DNA from: Zestosphaera tikiterensis
GTDB taxonomy: Archaea > Thermoproteota > Thermoprotei_A > Sulfolobales > NBVN01
Direction of reading: 5' to 3'
DNA length: 32,000 nucleotides
Assembly: GCA_003056265.1 (NCBI GenBank)
Contig: NBVN01000001.1
Location: 189,392-221,391, forward strand
Part shown: positions 26,650 to 32,000 of the stretch, piece by piece
Layout of the letters: every line of letters starts with the position of its first letter
How positions within the stretch are numbered: position 1 is the first letter of the stretch
The notes under the pieces: generated by a model
Told to the model about the DNA's origin: nothing
Database searches by the model: none
What the model saw: the letters and a program-made list of their open reading frames with translations, nothing else
Position numbers and translations under genes: made by a program

Positions 26650-27542
26650 CTTTCAGTCTTTTTCTATTGTTTCGGGTCGATATATTCAAGGCAACGGTGA
26701 ACGTAAGGATTGACGCCTTTCAGTCTTTTTCTATTGTTTCCACACAGCGCGGAAGGGTATACTACGTTCACAGCGAAAACCTGCTTTCAGTCTTTTTCTA
26801 TTGTTTCTGATCGTCGAAGTCGTCTCTGCAGACTGCAGGAAGTTCATTCTTTCAGTCTTTTTCTATTGTTTCCCTTCTTATGATGCCTTGCCAGGAGGGG
26901 GGCCACGTACTTGCTTTCAGTCTTTTTCTATTGTTTCAGGGCCTGGAACACCTCTACCTGAGTCCGTATACGTCCGGGGACAGCTTTCAGTCTTTTTCTA
27001 TTGTTTCATCCCTAAACGACGCCTTAAAGCTCTTGCTTGAGTATCTTTCAGTCTTTTTCTATTGTTTCAACAACCACGTAGTCGTCCACGCCGTCGAAGT
27101 ACCACACATATAAATGCTTTCAGTCTTTTTCTATTGTTTCGAACACATCAACAACGATCTTATCCCACACAACAGATATACTTTCAGTCTTTTTCTATTG
27201 TTTCCACCGTCACCTAACCTCTTAACCAGCTCGGCCTCAAGGTCGAGGCTTTCAGTCTTTTTCTATTGTTTCGAATATCCTCTTAGGGCAGAAGAACGTG
27301 ACCAGCCAGGAGTTCTTTCAGTCTTTTTCTATTGTTTCTTAACCACCTCCACCTGCTTCCCCCTTAAGGGTCTAGTCCTCTCTTTCAGTCTTTTTCTATT
27401 GTTTCTGCGTCCTTGAGGAGGGGAACCTCCCGAAGGGTGATTTCAAGTCGACTTTCAGTCTTTTTCTATTGTTTCCGGGGAAGTTGACGGCGTCGGGTTG
27501 TGGGCAGTATGGAGCGGTCTTTCAGTCTTTTTCTATTGTTTC
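26650..27542 (-). CRISPR. CRISPR array of 14 identical 24-nt repeats and 13 unique spacers (37-48 nt)
   Basis: The + strand repeat is CTTTCAGTCTTTTTCTATTGTTTC, with starts at 26650, 26717, 26784, 26849, 26914, 26984, 27045, 27117, 27181, 27249, 27315, 27382, 27452 and 27519. The minus-strand form is GAAACAATAGAAAAAGACTGAAAG. It ends in the GAAAG typical of Cas6-processed archaeal repeats, and the AT-rich leader is on the high-coordinate side, so I orient the array on the minus strand. Confidence 0.97.
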
Positions 27543-27816
27543 CGTGTTTTGTTTTTCTTTGTTTGATTTTATTTTTATTTCATGTTATTATTTACTTAAC
27601 TTCTATTTAAATTTTATCTTTTATTGTTTGTTTATGGTTACGCATTATTTATAAAGCGGGGGTAATTGATACAACCAAATAGTTTAAGGGAAATCCTTTT
27701 AAAACTAGGGAAAATTAAATGAACTATGTAGAGAATGAGTTGAAAGTTACACTTAATTAAATCCTGTTTGTTTTATATGTTTTGCTGTGTTTCCCGGGTT
27801 TTTCCGGGATGTTGTT
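27543..27816 (-). promoter_or_regulatory. CRISPR leader (AT-rich) with candidate TATA box TTTATAAA at 27648-27655
   Basis: ~270 nt of very AT-rich sequence between the cas3 stop and the first repeat. The TATA-like box is ~105 nt upstream of the leader-proximal repeat and is preceded on the minus strand by CCCCCGC. A small hairpin (27793-27808) lies just after the cas3 stop. Confidence 0.6.
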
Positions 27817-29415
27817 TTATTGTGTGATTAGGCCGTCTGCTTCTATTATTTTGTGTTGTGTGCCTTCCTTGATCTTTATGTAGTCGTGGTTTTTGAGTGT
27901 GTTTCTCGGTATCTTGTAGTCGTGGAGGTCGAGTTTCTTGGCGGTTCCCACAGGTATTCTCAGGTAGTTGCCGAGTTCGCCCTCTACCTCAACTACTATG
28001 TCTAAGCTTTCGTGGGTTTCATACTCTTCCTTCCCTACCGCTATTACGTAGTCTAGAAGCGTCCCGCTTAAGTGGAATAGGGAGCGGAAGGATGTCGCTA
28101 GCAAGCGTGAGTATGGGGATGTGTAGGCGTCCACGAGGTTGGCGGTGCTTAGCTTTTCGTTGGTGTATTTGACGTCGAGTTGCTTGAGCACGTCCCTGAC
28201 TTCCTCCCACGTGGGGCTTCTGTCTTTATACTGTTGCAGCACGTCCCTAACGTCTTTAAGGTAACTTCCCTCCTCCAGTAGCTTCCAATGTTCGTCTGCT
28301 ACGTCAACTATGACGATTTCTGAGGATTGCTTGATGTGATGCCTGTTCACTCTCCCCAACGTCTGCTCTAAGCTTCTGTATGGCGTTAGTTCGACGACGC
28401 CTGCGTCGAAGTCTAAGTCCACCCCAGCCTCTATGGCGGGTGTGGCTACCAGAACCACCTTCTCGTTGCCTGACCTCAAATCTTTTCTGACGGCCTTGAA
28501 CACGCGCGCCCTATCCCGGACAGGCATCCTGCCGTGGATAACGCCTATGTTCGCTGAAACGCCGGCGTTTAGCAGAAGGTTCTTCAGGCTCAAGTACACG
28601 CTGTAGGCTGTTTCAGGCACTACTACCCTCACGAGAACGGTCCTGTGCTTCTGCAGTAGGTTAAGCGTGTGCTTCAAGATCGTGTCCACGCCCTTGGACA
28701 AGTCCACCGTAACAACGCCTTTAGGGTATGGCTTCGGTCTGGGCGGGATCTTGAGTTCTTCTGCTTCGAGTTCATTTCTATTCACGAGGGCTTTAAGATG
28801 GTTCATAACTATGTCTGGCAGGGTCGCCGAAGCCACTACAACTGGCGTATATAGTGCTATAGAGAGGACTTCATGCATTACCGTTATGAATGGGTTGCCG
28901 ACGTCCGATGTGTAGCTGTGTACCTCATCGAAGAAGACCAGCGGTGTGCCGAGCCTGACGAGAGCGGCGTAAATAGACGCTTTTCTTCTAATAGCAACTG
29001 AGAGCAGCCTGTAGAGAAGCTCATCCATTGTCGTGACATAGACGTCGGCGCCGAACGGCTTCCTAGTAGCGACTTCGCCACACGAGCCGTTGATGCATTC
29101 CAGTAGCTTTGTGTCGCCGCCGTAGTCCACAGCTAAGCTATACGGAACTCCATACCGCATCGAGAGCTTTTCTAAGTAGCCCGAGAGCCTGTCGACCATG
29201 TCCTCCACTAACGCTCTAAACGGTTCTACAACGATTACCTGCCTACCGCTGTAGAGCCCCGGCATTACCGTAGCTTCGGTCTTACCGCTTCCGGTCTCAG
29301 CCGTTATGAGGAGCACACCCCTGTCCATTTTGAGGATTTTTCTGGCTACTTCCGCCTGCCATGGGTATGGCTCGAAGCCCGTAGCGGTTTTGAAAAACTC
29401 TGTGAAGCCCTCCAT
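27817..29415 (-). CDS. cas3: Cas3 helicase (stand-alone Cas3', SF2 DExH helicase)
   Basis: PYPWQ, motif I AETGSGKTEA, motif II FDEVH, motif VI-like QTLGRVNRH. 532 aa with no HD domain. Immediately adjacent to the leader and array. ATG at 29415 after GAGGTGAGGG. Confidence 0.9.
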   Translation of the reverse strand: MEGFTEFFKTATGFEPYPWQAEVARKILKMDRGVLLITAETGSGKTEATVMPGLYSGRQVIVVEPFRALVEDMVDRLSGYLEKLSMRYGVPYSLAVDYGGDTKLLECINGSCGEVATRKPFGADVYVTTMDELLYRLLSVAIRRKASIYAALVRLGTPLVFFDEVHSYTSDVGNPFITVMHEVLSIALYTPVVVASATLPDIVMNHLKALVNRNELEAEELKIPPRPKPYPKGVVTVDLSKGVDTILKHTLNLLQKHRTVLVRVVVPETAYSVYLSLKNLLLNAGVSANIGVIHGRMPVRDRARVFKAVRKDLRSGNEKVVLVATPAIEAGVDLDFDAGVVELTPYRSLEQTLGRVNRHHIKQSSEIVIVDVADEHWKLLEEGSYLKDVRDVLQQYKDRSPTWEEVRDVLKQLDVKYTNEKLSTANLVDAYTSPYSRLLATSFRSLFHLSGTLLDYVIAVGKEEYETHESLDIVVEVEGELGNYLRIPVGTAKKLDLHDYKIPRNTLKNHDYIKIKEGTQHKIIEADGLITQ

Positions 29416-29424
29416 ACCCTCACC

Positions 29425-30312
29425 TCAGCATAAACCGTTATGTACGTGCTCCTTATGACATACGTGAACGTTTACGTCAAAGTCATGGGGTTGGGTGGAA
29501 TTCACAACTCTATTGCCTGTTATGGACACAGTATAAGCTGTGTATCTAGCTGAGAACTGCGTCTGCCTGATGTTGAATTTCTTGAGTCCATGGATATACA
29601 GCCAGACGTCGAGGTTTGAATCCGTCAAGTCGTATGTGACCGCTATCGGGATATGAGGTTCAATTCTTGAAAGGGAATCACTATCGATAATCTCCTCCAG
29701 ATCACTTCTGCTCTGATTGCAGATGATGCCCTCTATGAAGCCCGCCACCATATCTGATATGTGGAGCAGTACGACGCCGTCCAGTATTTCACGCCTTAAC
29801 TCGTTCGCCGAAGCTCTAACGCCGTGGCGGTTTAGGTAGGCTTTCGACATTGCTAAGCTCTCGAAAAACGTCTCTACGTCCCTGACGTTAATGAAGTGGT
29901 GGAGCCTCCCTACAGCTGTGGCTACGGCGACCTTACGCCTAACACCAGCGTTGAACTCCTTAACGCCACGCGTCTCAGCTACGTGCCTCTCAACGTCCAG
30001 AAACGACAGCCTGTAAGGGTGTCCTCTAAACCCTATGACCTTCACGCCGTCAACCTCCTCAACCCTCATGGTGTAGGGTTTGTACATGTCGTGGATTTCA
30101 GCAGCTATAACTGCTGGGTCGTCTTTCCCCAGCCCGAAGACCGTCGTTAGGAATGACGCGACGAACCCTTGATGCTGGTGGAGCGGCGTAGCTACGGCTG
30201 TGTAGGTGTCCCCCTCAGCCCCTACTATGTGTCCCCTAGCGATCCAGCAACTTTCACTTTCCTTCAACGGCTTCAAGCCACATTCTGTCAACTGCGTACA
30301 CCTCCCTCCCAT
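29425..30312 (-). CDS. Cas3'' HD-domain nuclease (stand-alone)
   Basis: An ordered series of HD-superfamily motifs: LHQHQ, EIHDMYKP (HD-x-x-K), FRGHPY, GRLHHF, LLHISDMVAG. Start is ambiguous. ATG 30312 overlaps cas5 by 59 nt. TTG 30291 lies 7 nt after GGGAGGTG. Confidence 0.8.
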   Translation of the reverse strand: MGGRCTQLTECGLKPLKESESCWIARGHIVGAEGDTYTAVATPLHQHQGFVASFLTTVFGLGKDDPAVIAAEIHDMYKPYTMRVEEVDGVKVIGFRGHPYRLSFLDVERHVAETRGVKEFNAGVRRKVAVATAVGRLHHFINVRDVETFFESLAMSKAYLNRHGVRASANELRREILDGVVLLHISDMVAGFIEGIICNQSRSDLEEIIDSDSLSRIEPHIPIAVTYDLTDSNLDVWLYIHGLKKFNIRQTQFSARYTAYTVSITGNRVVNSTQPHDFDVNVHVCHKEHVHNGLC

Positions 30313-31201
30313 TACCGAAGAATATAAAATCGTTCACATTATCTACCCGGCTCGGCACGTAGAGGTAGGCTTCGACGACGCTTCTGTTACGCCTAGAACC
30401 TTTAATAGCATCTATATCCAGAACGTTCGAAGCAAACATGAGGTTAAACCTAGTAGGTCTTCTGGTTGTAGGTAGGATCTTTGGGCTTTCCGCCCCTTTA
30501 TAGTCAATACGCTTTAAAACCTCATCAACCTTCACAGCAAGGAGGTTCTTCATCCTAGTCTTCATGATGAACCACCCGCTAGAGAGCCTTCTGAACAACT
30601 CCTCAGCCGTCGCGTCAGACACCAATGCAAACCCTGTCATCAGCTCCGGCGCTAACACATGGGTAACCTTCACCACCTCATATAGGTTGATCCTTCTTTT
30701 GTTCAGTACTATACCGTCCATTACCGCGTAATGCCATGTCTTTATGGAGCGCACCACATCGTATGAAACCTTTTCAACGCCCCTTATCAGCACATCTATG
30801 TACTTTATAACGTTCCAGTACTTTACAATGCTGTAAACCTTAGGGAGGTTTCCGTTGAGGATACTGGCTGGGTAAGCACCAAGGGAAACCGCGTTAAAGT
30901 GGAACTCCATATATGGGGGCTTAAACCCGGCAACGACTTCCTCCCTTTCAGCTATATACCACTCGACCTTAGTTCCGTTGACCTTTGCTAGAAGACCCTT
31001 ACCTATTTCACAAGGTAGGTAATCTCCTCTAACGTTGTACCTATCCATCATGTATGTGAGCACTCGGAAGAGGTAGCCTGAAAGCGTGGATGGTGGTATG
31101 TGGAAGTGTATGTCGTCCCAGTAGCTACTGTGGGGTGAGCGGGGAAGGAAGAAAGGAGATAGAAAAAGGGTTTTGAACTTGACGAGCTTGAGCTCCGCCA
31201 C
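30254..31201 (-). CDS. cas5: Cas5-family RAMP protein (long form, 315 aa)
   Basis: The N-terminus LKLVKFKTLFLSPFFLPRSP....IPPSTLSGYLFRVL fits the Cas5 beta1/alpha1 pattern (F..P......PPPST..G). Located just upstream of the cas3 genes. GTG start follows in-frame stops. Confidence 0.65.
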   Translation of the reverse strand: MAELKLVKFKTLFLSPFFLPRSPHSSYWDDIHFHIPPSTLSGYLFRVLTYMMDRYNVRGDYLPCEIGKGLLAKVNGTKVEWYIAEREEVVAGFKPPYMEFHFNAVSLGAYPASILNGNLPKVYSIVKYWNVIKYIDVLIRGVEKVSYDVVRSIKTWHYAVMDGIVLNKRRINLYEVVKVTHVLAPELMTGFALVSDATAEELFRRLSSGWFIMKTRMKNLLAVKVDEVLKRIDYKGAESPKILPTTRRPTRFNLMFASNVLDIDAIKGSRRNRSVVEAYLYVPSRVDNVNDFIFFGNGREVYAVDRMWLEAVEGK

Positions 31202-31210
31202 TGTTCATCA

Positions 31211-32000
31211 CTACCCGGCTTTGCTTAGCATATCCTGAAGCATCTCAACCCTAGGTATGTTCAATTCCTCAATCCTCCCAAGGTACTCACTCCCGAATTT
31301 GTTTGCCAATTCCCTGAGGAACTTATAAGCGACATTGCCAACCAACCTAACGGCCTTGCCCTCCTTCACATTTTTGATGATGTCGTTGATGTTGAGCTGT
31401 TTCTCATCTTCTATGATCCAATCTTTATTGTGGTTAAACGCTTTCCTCTTAAACTCCTCAAGGGCTTCGGTAACGGATGTTATCAGCGGGGATATGACCA
31501 CCGGCTCCGGAGCCAGCCAGAGGTAGAGGTCTACAATCACGGCCCTATGTTTCCGATCACCACTCAGCCAGTAGCTGTCGAGAATGTCCAAGCTTTTAGG
31601 CGTTCCGGCACCAGCGAACTTCAAGCCTTCGAGGAACGCGTACACCAGCGCGTGCGGTTCGTAGTTCTCCCAGCCGAGCATGAAGCCATGCCTGACCACA
31701 GGTATTAACACCCCCGGCTCGTTATACTCCTTCTTCCATAGAGTCTGCTCGGACGCTTCGTTCTTCTTTTCCTCCTTCTCCTCATCCTCCTTCTCGGTTT
31801 TTGCGTAGGTCTCGTAAGGCGTTCTATTCCTCTGCTTGATCAATATGTCGTCTTGGACTGCGACACCACCTCCGTAACCCACTCTCCCCCTGATGTAGGC
31901 GGCCGGCTTCCTCCACGACGCACCCCACAGGAACGTTAGGATATCTCTAGGATCCGGAATGCCGTTGGGGTATGTGTTCGTGACGTCTATGCTTAGGTTG
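31211..32000 (-). CDS. Cas7-like backbone subunit candidate, 5'-partial (frame open to window edge)
   Basis: I translated the frame by hand beyond the track's GTG at 31882. It stays open to base 31999 (..NLSIDVTNTYPNGIPDPRDILTFLWGASWRKPAAYIRGRVGYGGG..). The call rests mainly on its position directly upstream of cas5. The only sequence support is a loose resemblance of DILTFLWG...GYGGG to the Cas7 D-x-FG / glycine-loop region. Confidence 0.4.
   Translation of the reverse strand, partial: NLSIDVTNTYPNGIPDPRDILTFLWGASWRKPAAYIRGRVGYGGGVAVQDDILIKQRNRTPYETYAKTEKEDEEKEEKKNEASEQTLWKKEYNEPGVLIPVVRHGFMLGWENYEPHALVYAFLEGLKFAGAGTPKSLDILDSYWLSGDRKHRAVIVDLYLWLAPEPVVISPLITSVTEALEEFKRKAFNHNKDWIIEDEKQLNINDIIKNVKEGKAVRLVGNVAYKFLRELANKFGSEYLGRIEELNIPRVEMLQDMLSKAG

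Noticed and set aside
26808-27116. Spacers 3 and 7 share the 9-mer CGTCGAAGT, and spacer 3 contains CTGCAGACTGCAG
   Set aside because: A 9-nt match between two of 13 spacers is compatible with chance. I found no extended match of any spacer to the rest of the window, so there is no evidence of self-targeting.
26523-27654. Five plus-strand ORFs (95, 79, 77, 100 and 61 aa) containing recurring peptides LSVFFYCF, FSLFLLF and FQSFSIVS
   Set aside because: The recurring peptides are the CRISPR repeat translated in three frames, so these ORFs are artefacts of the array.
27897-31708. ORFs of 60-92 aa on either strand inside cas3, the HD gene, cas5 and the cas7-like gene (for example 27897-28172, 28019-28210, 29896-30150, 31430-31708)
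   Set aside because: They are embedded in longer ORFs that have clear Cas motifs. They are Arg/Ser/Pro-rich, as expected for off-frame translation of GC-richer coding DNA.

Overview
The window looks archaeal, most consistent with a hyperthermophilic crenarchaeon (Thermoproteota). The evidence is two copies of the archaea-specific purP, BRE/TATA-like boxes 20-35 nt upstream of start codons, many GGAGG-type ribosome-binding sites with overlapping stop/start junctions, and an unstructured 24-nt CRISPR repeat ending in GAAAG. No taxon can be named without a search.

There are three blocks.
(1) 1-11.6 kb, mostly plus strand: a HEPN/MNT toxin-antitoxin-like pair, an alpha/beta hydrolase (minus strand), a ZIP metal transporter, a 5-formyl-THF cyclo-ligase-like gene, a five-gene LIV-type ABC transporter, an AroM-family gene and pyrK-pyrD.
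(2) 11.7-25.8 kb, minus strand: a tightly packed 13-gene de novo purine operon, purC-purS-purQ-purL-purF-purF'-purD-purT-purE-purM-purP-purB-purP.
(3) 26.5-32 kb, minus strand: a type I CRISPR-Cas locus with cas7-like (runs off the window), cas5, a separate HD nuclease, a separate Cas3 helicase, an AT-rich leader, and 14 identical repeats with 13 spacers.

Observations most worth a second look:
- The trailer-end CRISPR repeat is fused directly to the last ~50 codons of an Asp/Glu-racemase-superfamily gene.
- The interference module is atypical or ambiguous in subtype. Cas3 is split in HD-then-helicase order, and the protein in the Cas7 position is poorly recognisable.
- A PurF paralog lacks the N-terminal catalytic Cys.
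- Three unusually long ORF-free, hairpin-rich tracts remain unexplained (747-1438, 2174-2585, 25985-26494).

I cannot show from sequence alone that any of these is a new system. All family assignments come from motif recognition by eye, without database searches. The ORF track translates GTG/TTG starts as M, so several 5' ends are uncertain.
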